The position numbers and the translations under genes were made by a program. Below are positions 44,401-55,127 of a DNA stretch of 64,000 nucleotides, in pieces. Positions within the stretch are counted from its first letter, which is position 1. Every line of letters begins with the position of its first letter. The notes below the pieces were generated by a model. That model saw only the letters and a program-made list of their open reading frames with translations. It made no database searches and was not told the DNA's origin. Source of the stretch: Mobula hypostoma (taxonomy: Eukaryota); NCBI RefSeq assembly GCF_963921235.1, contig NC_086128.1, positions 26,722,001-26,786,000 of the forward strand, in the 5' to 3' direction.

Positions 44401-44786
44401 AGCACAAACAATGATCTGTGCAAATTTACTGATGGGTACCTTGTCCGGGGCAGCATGGTAGTGCAATGCTTTACAGAGTGAACAATTGATAGATCATCAT
44501 TCAATTCCCTCTGCTGTTTGTAAGGAGTTTGTACGTTCTCCCTGTGACTGTGTGGGTTTCCTCCACGTGCTTCAGTTTCCTCCCAAATTCCAAAGATGAA
44601 CAGTTAGGGTTAGTAAGTTGTGAACACGCTATGTAGATGCTGGAAGCATGAAGACAGTTGTAGGCTGCCCTCAGCACATGCTCGGACTGTGTTGGTCGTT
44701 GACACAATGACATATTTCACTGTTTGCATTGATTTTCCACAGATCTTTGTGACCATGCACTCCACATCCACCATGATGAGCTCTGA
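41349..44786 (+). CDS. CNPY2: Protein canopy homolog 2 (saposin-like ER protein), 180 aa, spliced
   Basis: join(41349-41436,41725-41840,42076-42273,42826-42922,44743-44786) = 543 nt. Signal peptide then ARRSADLYCGVCRALVDEMEWEI...CEKLVEEYEDEFIEFFSRESNNVKDRLCSKRTDLCDHALHIHHDEL*. Six saposin Cys, HDEL retention signal, and a CNPY2-type C-terminus. Confidence 0.94.
41725..41840 (+). CDS. CNPY2: CNPY2 coding exon 2
   Basis: VCRALVDEMEWEISRVNPQRMVETGTFRLDPEGSPVVTQ. Confidence 0.94.
42076..42273 (+). CDS. CNPY2: CNPY2 coding exon 3
   Basis: VPYRHSEEFLLELLARVCERMLEYGERTDPGTLRQTYHRVVTREG...SSLKQA. Confidence 0.93.
42826..42922 (+). CDS. CNPY2: CNPY2 coding exon 4
   Basis: CEKLVEEYEDEFIEFFSRESNNVKDRLCSKRT. 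Confidence 0.95.
43065..43573 (+). mobile_element. Internally deleted non-autonomous Tc1-like element (~510 bp)
   Basis: Inverted ends CATTCAGTGGCCACTTTATTA / TAATAAAGTGGCTACTGAGTG followed by TA; residual transposase start MGKKCDLSD at ~43209; interrupts a LINE 3' tail. Confidence 0.85.
44447..44735 (+). mobile_element. tRNA-derived SINE abutting the last CNPY2 exon
   Basis: Same head, core and tail (ggctgccctcagcacatgctcggactg) as 33001-33280. Confidence 0.8.
44743..44786 (+). CDS. CNPY2: CNPY2 last coding exon
   Basis: DLCDHALHIHHDEL* (TGA). Confidence 0.95.
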
Positions 44787-45021
44787 GAACAGATTCTCTC
44801 CATCAACTTCCCGCAGGGAGTAGGGGAGGGTGTTCCAGCCTGGGGAACAGCAGTCTGCCACAGGGCTGGTACTGCAGAGGAAGACCAGCCAGTTGTGGAG
44901 CGTCGGAGACAGTGGAACGTTGGTCTACCCACTCAGAGTGACCCCCACACTTGGCCGGCATGAGCCCTCCTTCGCTGAGGACCAGCCAAGGCAGCGTCTT
45001 ACTCTAGGAACAGTTTACTAA

Positions 45022-45047
45022 AATAAAGGACACTCAGGAACAATAAA
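45022..45047 (+). terminator. CNPY2 polyadenylation signals (two AATAAA)
   Basis: AATAAA at 45022-45027 and 45042-45047, ~240 nt after the stop codon. Confidence 0.6.
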
Positions 45048-45203
45048 CAGCTGGCTGTCTATTTCCATCACTACCTGGCCGAGCCTTCTGTCTGCTTCCC
45101 AACACCCCCCTGCGCCCTGCGGTTTAACACCCACCACACTGCCCTACAAATTCCATCTGGATAAATAAGCCTTCAATCCCTCACCCATTTAAAGTTTCTT
45201 CTT

Positions 45204-45975
45204 GGGGTCAGACACAGAGTGAATCTCCATCCACACCATCCCATCACACACTGCCAGGGTCAGACACAGAGTGAATCTCCCTCCGCACCGTCCCATTACA
45301 CACTCCCAGGGTCAGACACAGAGTGAAGCTCCCTGCACACTGTCCCATCACACACTCCCAGGGTCAGACTGAGAATGAATCTCCCTCCTCACTGTCCCAA
45401 CACCGACTCCCGGGGTCAGACAGACAGTGAATCTCACTCCACACTGTCCCATCACACACTCACAGGATCAGACACAGAGTGAATCTCCCTGCACACTGTC
45501 CCATCACACACCCCCAGGGTCAGACACAGAGCGAATCTCCGTCCACACCATCCCATCACACACTCCCAGGGTCAGACACAGAGTGAAGCTCCCTCCTCAC
45601 TGTCCCATCACACACTCCCAGGGTCAGACACAGAGTGAATCTCCCTCCACACCGTCCTATCACACACCCCCAGGGTCAGACACAGAGTGAATCTCCCTCC
45701 ACACTATCCCATCACACACTCCCAGGGTCAGACACGGAGTGAATCTCCCTCCACACTGTCCCATCACACACTCCCAGGGTCAGACACAGAGTGAATCTCC
45801 CTCCACACCATCCCATCACACACTCCCAGGGTCAGACACAGAGTGAATCTCCCTCCACACTATCCCATCACACACTCCCAGGGTCAGACACACAGTGAAT
45901 CTCCCTCCTTACTGTCCCATCACACAGTCACAGGGTCAGACACAGAGTGAATCTCCCTCCACACCGTCCCATCAC
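45204..45975 (-). repeat. 52-bp minisatellite array (~15 units), inverted, between the CNPY2 and MOB4 3' ends
   Basis: Reverse complement of the same unit. Confidence 0.96.
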
Positions 45976-46623
45976 ATGATCCACAAATGGCAAAGCAGCA
46001 ACACTGACCAGAGGAGTTAATACAGTTTGTTGTTTTTTTTTAAAACATCGAGAAGACAAAGAACAGAGCAATGATAACTTTACATAAATAACTGAACACG
46101 TCAGGTACTAGGCGAGGCTAGCACTGGTAAAATGGTCATTAATTAGGGAGGGAGTGAATCAGCTGAGAGGGGAGGGGTTTACACTGATTACCATCTCAGC
46201 TCTGTGTCAGAGTGCGGGTTGGCACGTTAATCCTCATGTTAACACGATTGGATAAGAACAGTGGCAGTCGTTCAATCAGCATCTGCAGTGAGAGAATCCG
46301 GTCTGAGGACATCAGTCCTCTGCCCACAGACGCTGCCTGACCTGATGAGTTTTTTCTCGAACATCATTCTCTGGAGACAATGAGGCTGCAAGGAGGGAGT
46401 CGGGGTCCCTGTGGAATGGAGAGGGGAGTCTAATTCTGCTTCAATGTTCATTGATCTAGGCAAAAAAATGGGATAATGGGTCTGTGCTATTGAAAGGGGA
46501 CAACACAGATTTGGGTGAGATGAAAAAGGGTCTCCCCATGGGTGAACAGGGGCCTCACGGTGGTTAGCAGATGGGGGGGGGGGGAGAGAAGAGGGTAGAT
46601 GTGCTGGTGGGATTGCCCTGGAC

Positions 46624-46755
46624 TTAGGCCTCACTCTCTCCAGCTGTGGTGTTCTGCACCTCCTCTTCCAGGATGGGAACAATGAGGTTGTCCTTGGACA
46701 TCAGGTTGTACTTGATCACAAACTTGGTGAATCGGTGACACAGGAAGGTCTCATT
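46624..46755 (-). CDS. MOB4: MOB4 exon 8
   Basis: [43 protein letters not shown]. Confidence 0.96.
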   Translation of the reverse strand, partial: NETFLCHRFTKFVIKYNLMSKDNLIVPILEEEVQNTTAGESEA

Positions 46756-49700
46756 CTGTAGTGGGGATGTAGGAGGGATGGTAATTAGAGACATCAGGCA
46801 GTACAAACCCCACCCAGCCATAGTACCACCGCTAGAACCTACTCCCCACAGCACCACCAGCTGATCACATTAGCCCTAGGCAGTGTGAGGGAGGAACAGG
46901 GCATGATTTGACATCCCCACACTGGAAAGAATAGGGGTAGCCCACTCGGCCTCTTACACCTAGCCCCATTCGTGCGCTCAGCACCACCGTCCTGCACCAG
47001 TAACTCTGTTCCCTTTGACTTTAACCTACTGGTGGAGATAGCTCCACCTTGTTACCTACTCCTCAGGGCCTGATGTCTTATAGATCTCTTCTCATCCTTC
47101 TATGCACAACACAGTTTCTTTAGCTGCTTCCTCAAAACCCCTTCCCTCCACTGCAGTGTGTACCGTCTACAACACAACTCTCTCCCCCCACCACAAGTAC
47201 TCCCTCCCTTCACCATCATCTACAGAACCCACTGCGGTCACTTGCCCCACCTATTCCAACAGCCCCTTCCAAACCTCCCCACCTCTCCCCAACTTGGAAG
47301 AGAAACACTATACTCTGGAGGTTCTGTGGAATTCATTGCCACAGATGGGTGTGGAGGCCATATCATTGGGTATATTTAAAGCAGAGGTTGATAGGTTCTT
47401 GATTAGTCATGGCAGCAAAGGCTACAGGGAGAAGAGAGAAGAATGGGGTTCAGAGGGATAATGCATCAGCCATGATTGAATGGTGAAGCACTCGATGGGT
47501 CAAATGACCTAATTCTGGTCCTCTATTGATGGGATGAGGCAGAATAACAGTTTGGCATGTACTAGATGGGTTGAAGGGTCTGTAGTACGCTACAGCAGAG
47601 AAACATCTCAGTTGTGGAGTGAACACACTTACAAGGTGGGGGTGTGTAAGGGAGATCTGTAAACACACACAGAGTGGGGAATGGATAAGGGGAGATCTAT
47701 GTCTTATGGACGTTGCCCCTTCCTACACCATCAGATTGAAATAAATTGACTGTCTTGCCTGTTTATATCCTGGGAAATCCCTCTTCGACAGCGCTATGGG
47801 AGCACCCTTACCATATGACCCCCTTCCTGGCTTTCCTGAGGGACCCGTAGGGAGGGACAATAAATGCCGGTCAAACCAGACACACTAAAGATAAAGACAT
47901 TCCCCATCATCTAAACAAAAATGGAGCAGGTCAGAGGATATGGGGACTTCATCTCCTGTTCCCATCCTCTTTCCCGCCAACAGTGTGATGACTCACCTCG
48001 TAATCGTCGAAGATCTGGCGGTGGTGGAAGTAGGCGTGGGAGAAGATGCGGTAAATCCTGCGACAGACGGAGCCCAGCTTGGCCACGGAGGATTCCTTAA
48101 TGCTGACTCTATGGGGCCGAGGACAGTACTGTCAGCGTTCCAGGGCAGATCACTGGGTGGCAGGGGGGAGCCGGGGACAAGTAGAGTGTGGATTATAGGA
48201 GGGAAAGATGGATTGGGTGGGAGTGTGGGGCTCAGAGACGGGTAGGTAGGACAGGACCACAGCCACCAGACACACAGGGAGGGGGGGGATGGAGTGTGGG
48301 GACTGTATGGGTAGTGAGTTGGGGACCAAATGCACACACAAGGTGGGGGTGTGTAAGAGAGATCTATAAACACACACACAGAACTCCCAGGTACGATGGG
48401 CTCTCCATGGGGAGAGTATGCAAGGATCAGGGATGTGGAGCTGGGGTTTTATAGGTCAGGGGTTCAAAGGTTAGGGTGCATGACCCTTGTCACCTGATCC
48501 TCAATGCTGGGGTCAGGGACACTGATCTGGTTCATTGATGAAAAGGGTCTCCCCGTGGATGAAGTGGGGGGACCTCCCCTGGCCGACTGGAGCAGGTGAG
48601 AGTCCGCAGAGCCAGGTACCTACCTGCTGGGAAAGTACTTGTTACTGTTGAGCAAGCAGGCAGCTCCATCCAGAGTGTGTCTCGTGTAGTCAATAGCAGG
48701 GCACTGAAAGCAGAGATCACAGTAAGTGGAGGGGAGGGAAAGTGGCAGGGTAGAGAGTGAGGGAGAAGATGTTGGGGGGAGACCACAGTGAAGAGGGATG
48801 GAGGGAAGTGGAGAGGGTGGTGAAAAGGGGAAGGAGGGGAGAAGGAGGGACAGAGCACTGAAGGGGGATGGGGAAGGGGAGAGGAGAGGGAGAGAGCGAT
48901 GAAGGGAAAGGGAGAGCAGTGGGAGGGGAGAGGCTGAGCAATGTGGTTGAGGGAGGGAGAGCATGGTGAAGTGGAAGGGAATGGTGGGGAAAGGGAGAAC
49001 AGTGGGTGAAAGTGAGGGGGAGAGAGGGGTTGATGGCAATAAAGTTCTTGTGCACAAATTACTTTTAGGCAGCCAGTTCCTGGTTGGGAAGGTATGTTGG
49101 AAGTTCAGAAATATGGAGTTTTGGGTAAAGCCACAGCTGCAGTAGGGTGTATAGTTTGGGTCCTCTGAATTAAGGACACACTGTCACTGGAGGCAGTCCT
49201 AAGAAGATATATTGGGCTAATTCCTGGGACCAGAAGGTTGTCCCATCAGAAGGGGGTGGACAGCTCGGGTCTGTATTCCTGTGGAGTGTAAAGGAACGAG
49301 GGAGTACTTTATTCCAACACTTGGACCCCAAGGGGAGGTGATGTGAGATGTGGGAGAGTCTTAAACGAGTAGACAGTTACAGGGTTGGGGACGGGCATTT
49401 AACACTGACACTGTGGGAACTACTCTCAGAGGGAGGAAATTGTCTGCTCCTCCCCAGAGAGAGTGGAGGCCCGATCACTGAGGGGGGATGTAAAGAGATG
49501 GGAGATAAATGTTTAAAAGATGGCTGGGAGGAGATTATGGGCTGTTGGGAACAAAAGGGTGGATAAGGCCTGGGGTACCGAATGGTGGGACAGGATAAAG
49601 GAACTGAGTGACAGTTCCTATCGCCTCCCCATCTCCCCATATCAACAGCTTCAGGTTACTGCACCGGGGAAATCCACCCCCGCTCAAGTCTCTCCCATCT

Positions 49701-52700
49701 CTCCCTGTAACCGCAATGTTCCTACATCCTGGCATCACTGGAACTGGAGTTGGTGCTCCAGCGCAGGTGCTCTGACTGGAGTTATGCAACAGGCCCTTTG
49801 GCCCATTGAGACCTTGTGATCATCAAGTATCCACATTCCCTGGCCCCCTTTTAAATCACCATATTTCCTTACATCATGAAGGAGGCCATTTCAGCCTATC
49901 GGGCCCCAGTTTCATGACCCAGTCTCCTGTTCCTTCAGGGATGGGACTGTGGATTTCAGGAGGTGCCTCTGCAGGAGAGCTCGGTCAGGGCAGGAGGAAA
50001 GTTGGTGGGCGGTGGGGGGGTGGAGGAGTGGTTGGGCTACCGTTCAATCAGTGAGGGAGTGGGTCAACCAGAGACCTGTGGCTGCTTCACCCGCCAGGGA
50101 ACACTCGTCTCAGCAGAACACTTCTCCCACCCATCCCCCGGTGGCAACAGGCCTGCCCACCTCCTTCGGGGTCTTGTGTGCGGCACACAGGAAGATCCAC
50201 TGCTCTGTCGCCGTCATCTGGGTGCAGGTGTCAGAATGGCACTCGCTCTACAGAGAGGACACAGAAAGACAGGTCACATCACCGGGACACATTTGAGTGA
50301 GGGACAGAGAAAGAGAGAGAGAGAAACAGGACATGTTACTGGGACATGCTGGCAGGAGACAAGAGTCAAAGAAACACGTGACATGGAGCGCAGACAGGAC
50401 AGAGACACACAGACAGAGTGAGCATGACAAAGACGCACATGCACACAGAGGGGGGAGAAGGGGGAGTGAACATGAGACGCACAGCCCTGCAGATAAAGTT
50501 AAAAAGTAGTCGATGCTCTGTCTTAGGGGAGCTCATCATCCTTGAACCTTGCTGAGGAGTTAACTTACTTGTAGTTTCACAGCCAAGTCGTTCAGTTCCA
50601 AGCAAAACTGCCTGAAATAAAACCCAAGTTCATTGTTTATTAGGTTGAGGCAAACACTTGAACATAACCTTCCAATGTGAACACATCATCACTATCCCGT
50701 TCTTGGCATCCTTTACGTTTAGCACCCATTTTAAAATTCTCATCAACTGTCTGGAAATACTGACTCAGCACCATCCTATTTCTGTGACCCTCTAGAGCTC
50801 TCACATCCCTCCTCCACTATTTCTGCCTCTGTCATCAGTGGTCATTCAGCTGCATGCACACCAACCAGATTTATTTCCCTCCCCACTGAGGACTGGGTGA
50901 GAGCATGGCTGAAGGGCTGGGCGAGTGTGAGAGTCTAGATGAGAGTGAGGGACAGGGAAAGGGTGAAGTACAGGTGGGACAGAAAGAGCAGGGCACAGGG
51001 GAGTGGAACTCAGTCGCTCAAATGGCCAGCACACTCCCATTGGTGCTCAGTGTTAACAATCGGAGGCACCGTAGATGGCAGATGCTGGAACACGAAGCAA
51101 CACAGCAGAATCAGGAGGAACTCACTGGACCAGGGGTCAGAATTGAACAGCAGATGTTTGTGGACAAGACCCTTCACTCACATGAATTGGCCCTTCAATG
51201 CTGAAGAGTCCATTGCTGATGTTGCCTTACCTACTTAGTTCCTTGTATTGCTATAAATGGATGAGATTTTAATTTAGATGTCTGTGGGCACACACCAATG
51301 GAAGTGGTGGGTCAGACTACATCCACTTCACTACCCCTACACCCTTCCCCAACCCCGACTCTGCCTTGGGCCACTATGATCCCAGCAAGACCCTCACCGG
51401 AGATGCTCATATTTCCAGACGCCCTCATCCTGCCCCTCCGGTGGTTCCAGGATCTTCTCGATGTCCGATGCGTCATCGCGGATGCTCTGCTGGATGTACT
51501 ATGCGTGGAGGGGGAAAGGGGGGGGTGGAGAGTGGGGGGAGTGATGGGTGAGGGGAGGGCAGGAAGAGAGAGAGAGAGAAGGGGGTTGATTCTGGGATTG
51601 AAAGGCTTATCATATCAGGAGCTCTGGGTTTTTACTCTGGAATTCAGAAATATTACGTGGTGGGGGGTTGTTCTCATTGAAACCTGCCGAATGTTGAAAG
51701 GCCTCGATAAAGTGGATGTATCCTAAGACATAGGAACTGAATTTGGCCATCCAGCCCATCAAGTCCACTCCACCATTTCATCATGGCTGATCCTGGATCC
51801 CATTCAACCCCATACACCTACCTTGGCATATCCCCTTTAACTTCTACAAATTTTTATCAATGCACCATAGGAAGCATTTTATAAAGATGCACCACAGCTT
51901 GGTACAGCAACTGCTCTGCCCATGACTGCAAGAAACTGCAGAGAGTTACAGATAGAGCTCAAAACATCACAGGAACCAGCCTCCCCTCCATGGACTCTGT
52001 CTGTGCTTCTTGTTGCCTCAGTAAAGCTGCCAGGATAATCAAACAGCCCACCCACCCCAGACATTCTCTCTTCTACCTCCCATCAGGAGAAACACGTACC
52101 ACTAGGCTCAAAGACAGATTCTATCCCACGGTTATAAGGCTCTTAGATGGACCTCTTGTATGACCAGTTTCACTTTATTCTTTATTGTTATAGTTTTACC
52201 TCAATGCTTCTGTGTAATGATCTGATCTGTATGAACAGTACCCAATCGGAGGCACCGTAGATGGCAGATGCTAGAACACGAAGCAACACGGGAGAATCAG
52301 GAGGAACTCACTGGACCAGGAGTGAAAGACAAGCATTTCACTCTTGGTACATGTGACAATAATAAACCAATTTCACTTTCTTCAACTCTCCTGCTGGTGG
52401 TAACATCTCCATTTCTACCCTGTAATGTCCACTCGGGATCCGAATTCGTAATTTGGTTTATTATTGTCACTTGTACATACCAAGATGAAATATACAACTT
52501 GTTCTGCGTGATATCCATACAGATAATTTCAAGACACAAGTACACTGACGTAGTACAAGTGAAAAGGAATAACCGAATGCAGAATAAAGTGTTACAGAGA
52601 AAGTGCAGTACAGGCAGACAATAAGGTGTAAGGTCACAATGAGGTAGATTGTGAAGTCAAGTGTGAAGGTCACTGGAACAGGTTTATTCTTGTCGCATGT

Positions 52701-54831
52701 ACTGTGATACAGTGAAAAGCTTGTCTTCCATACTGTTCATACAGATCAAATCATTACACAGTGTGTTGAGGTAGAACAAGGTAAAACAATGACAGAATGC
52801 AGAATGTAGAGGTCAAAAGGCCATCTTAGAGAACAGTTTAACGTCCTACTAACAGTGGAGTAGAAACTGTCCTTCAACCTGGTGGTGCGTGCTTTCAGGA
52901 TTTTGTATCTTCTGTCCGATGGGAGAGGGGTGAAGAAAAGAGAATGTCCGGTGTGGGTGGGGTCTTTGGTGACGTTGGCAGCTTTACTGAGGCAGTGGGA
53001 AGTGTAGACAGAGTCCATGGAGGGGAGACTGGTTTCTGTGATGTGCTGAGCTGTGTCCACAACTCTCTGCAGTTTCTTGTGGTCACAGGCAGAGCAGTTG
53101 CTGTACCAAGCTGTAATCCAGACAGGATGCTTTCTATGGCGCATCGATAAAAATTGGTAAGGGTTGGTGGGAAATGCTGAATTTTTTTAGCCTTCTAAGG
53201 AAGTAGAGGGTCAGGACAGGCTATTGACCAACTCTTTTGTTTAACTAATACTGAGGGAAAGGTTGATGTCAGAACACCACGCCACTAGGCTATCTCCTTC
53301 CTGTACTCCAATGCATCCTTATTTGATATGTGGCACACTACAGTGGTATCATCTGCAAACATGTACATGGAGCTAGAGCAGAATCTGGTCATGCAGTCAC
53401 AAGATTAGTGAGGGGTCATTTAACACTGAGGTATGTAAGGACTTCTGCTACAGACAGTGGGGGAAATCGCTGGAATTCTCTGCCCTCAAGGGTTGTGGAG
53501 GCCTGATCACAGGTGTAATTTAAATAAGAGCTTTAGGTTTAGCAATGCAGTCGGAACACCACTTCCACGCTGCGGTTTTCACACACTGGTCACTGGTGTT
53601 CCAATGCTCAGGAACCTTGAACAGAGTGCAGGGCGACTCTGGACGTACTCACCTGCTGCACAGCCAGGGTGCTGTCCATCTCATCCAATGACTCATTAGG
53701 CCAGTTGTAGAAGTCCTAGAGGATGGAGTGAAGCAAAACTGTAGGTGAGGAGGCTGGCCCAGTGATCAATCGGTAGCATAGAAGCCAGTATAATGCTTTA
53801 CAGTGCCAACTACTAGGGTTCAATTCTGCCACTGTCTGTAAGAAGTTTGTGACTGCGTGGGTTTCCTCCCACATTCCAAAGATGTATGACGTATGAGTTA
53901 GGGTTAGTAATGCTGTGGGAATGCTATGTTGGCATGAACCCACAGGGGGAGGAAGCAGAGGGATTAATGGAGAGCAAAAAAGGTGTGAAGGAGGATGTGG
54001 GGGCAGGGAGCTCCAACTAGAGAGGTTGGGAATACTAAACAAGGAAAGGGACTGCAAGCAAGACAGCATAACTGGGGTAGTGTAATGAGGGCATGGGGAA
54101 GTTACTGGAGGGGTCAAGTGAGTGAGGGTGTAGGGATGATGTGGATGAGATCAGGGGTGTGGTGATGGAGTAGGAAAATAGTGAATGGGGTGAAGAAGGT
54201 GATGGTCATGCGGGTAAATAGGATGATGAGGGGCAATGGCAACAAGGGGGTGGGGGTTGGAGGAGCAAATGTGGTGAAGTTGAGGAGGGATGACGGTGAC
54301 AGGTGTAATTAGAGGGGGTGAAGGTGGGATGGGAATTTGTAAGGGTGGGACTGAAAGAGGGAAGGTGATGGGGGATGGAGGGACTGACGTGATGGGGTTG
54401 AGAAGGGGTGATGGTGACGGGAGCGATAAGGGGTTCAGAGATGTGGGAGCGATTAGAGAAGAGGGGAGATGATGATGGTGAAGAGGGTGATGAGGAAGAT
54501 TAATGGAGAGACGAAGGGAAGGGGCCGGGTGTGTGATGGACGGTCCTCACATCCAATCGGTAGGGCGCCATCTCTAAACCCGCAAATGGCGAGCGGAGGG
54601 TGGGAACATCCTGTGGCGACCCAACCAATCAGCACGGAACCGGGGCCCCGTGCCCCTGAATTAGGGCGGATACCCTCGGACTCCTCACATTGGGTTTCTT
54701 TCTCCCTCTCCCTCCCCCCTCAGATCCTGGGCGGGGATCACTTGCCGCTTAGCACCTCCGACTGTCCCCCAGCTCCTCACCTGGGCTTTAGTGCCTGGCC
54801 TGTTTCTCCTCAGCAAGACGGTGGCCGCCAT
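46624..54831 (-). CDS. MOB4: MOB-like protein phocein (MOB4 family, STRIPAK component), 222 aa, 8 exons; probably a paralogue
   Basis: complement(join(54781-54831,53653-53715,51398-51498,50569-50611,50161-50247,48624-48703,47997-48108,46624-46755)) = 669 nt. [42 protein letters not shown]...[16 protein letters not shown]...[56 protein letters not shown]...[14 protein letters not shown]. Confidence 0.96.
47997..48108 (-). CDS. MOB4: MOB4 exon 7
   Basis: [37 protein letters not shown]. Confidence 0.96.
48624..48703 (-). CDS. MOB4: MOB4 exon 6
   Basis: [27 protein letters not shown]. Confidence 0.96.
50161..50247 (-). CDS. MOB4: MOB4 exon 5
   Basis: [29 protein letters not shown]. Confidence 0.96.
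50569..50611 (-). CDS. MOB4: MOB4 exon 4
   Basis: [14 protein letters not shown], 43 nt. Confidence 0.95.
51398..51498 (-). CDS. MOB4: MOB4 exon 3
   Basis: [34 protein letters not shown]. Confidence 0.96.
51583..53400. mobile_element. Mixed CR1 and Rex1/Babar LINE fragments in MOB4 intron 2
   Basis: [15 protein letters not shown] (+); Rex fragments on + (51840-52375) and - (52440-53400). Confidence 0.75.
53653..53715 (-). CDS. MOB4: MOB4 exon 2
   Basis: [21 protein letters not shown]. Confidence 0.96.
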
Positions 54832-55010
54832 CCCGAGCGACACCCAGCTTCCCCTGAACCCGGATGTAATTAAAGGCGCCTCCTTCCTTCCCGGCGGCGG
54901 TGCCGACACAAATTAAATCGTTCTGTACTCCTAAAGGGAAGTGCACTGGCAGCGAAGAAAGGTGCGCCTTTGCGCCCCCAAGCGTTAGTTAGCGCACGGA
55001 TCGCGGGTAG
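54520..55010. promoter_or_regulatory. CpG-rich promoter region around MOB4 exon 1
   Basis: CpG density; CCAAT at 54553 and 54625; YY1-like GCGCCATCT (54565) and AAATGGCG (54584). Confidence 0.6.
54781..54831 (-). CDS. MOB4: MOB4 exon 1 (coding part)
   Basis: gggATGg, [17 protein letters not shown]|gtgagg, in a CpG-rich island. Confidence 0.94.
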
Positions 55011-55127
55011 AGTAGCAATTTAATTCCCCTCCACCTCACGTTCACCTCTCCCTCCAGCTGATCCTTACCATTGTTCCACTTCATTCTCATCTCCCCTCCA
55101 GCTCTTCCTCACCTTAAATGAGTGAAG

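Noticed and set aside
46624-54831. PAN2 or IL23A expected from human synteny next to CNPY2
   Set aside because: Translation shows the minus-strand gene is unambiguously MOB4 family.
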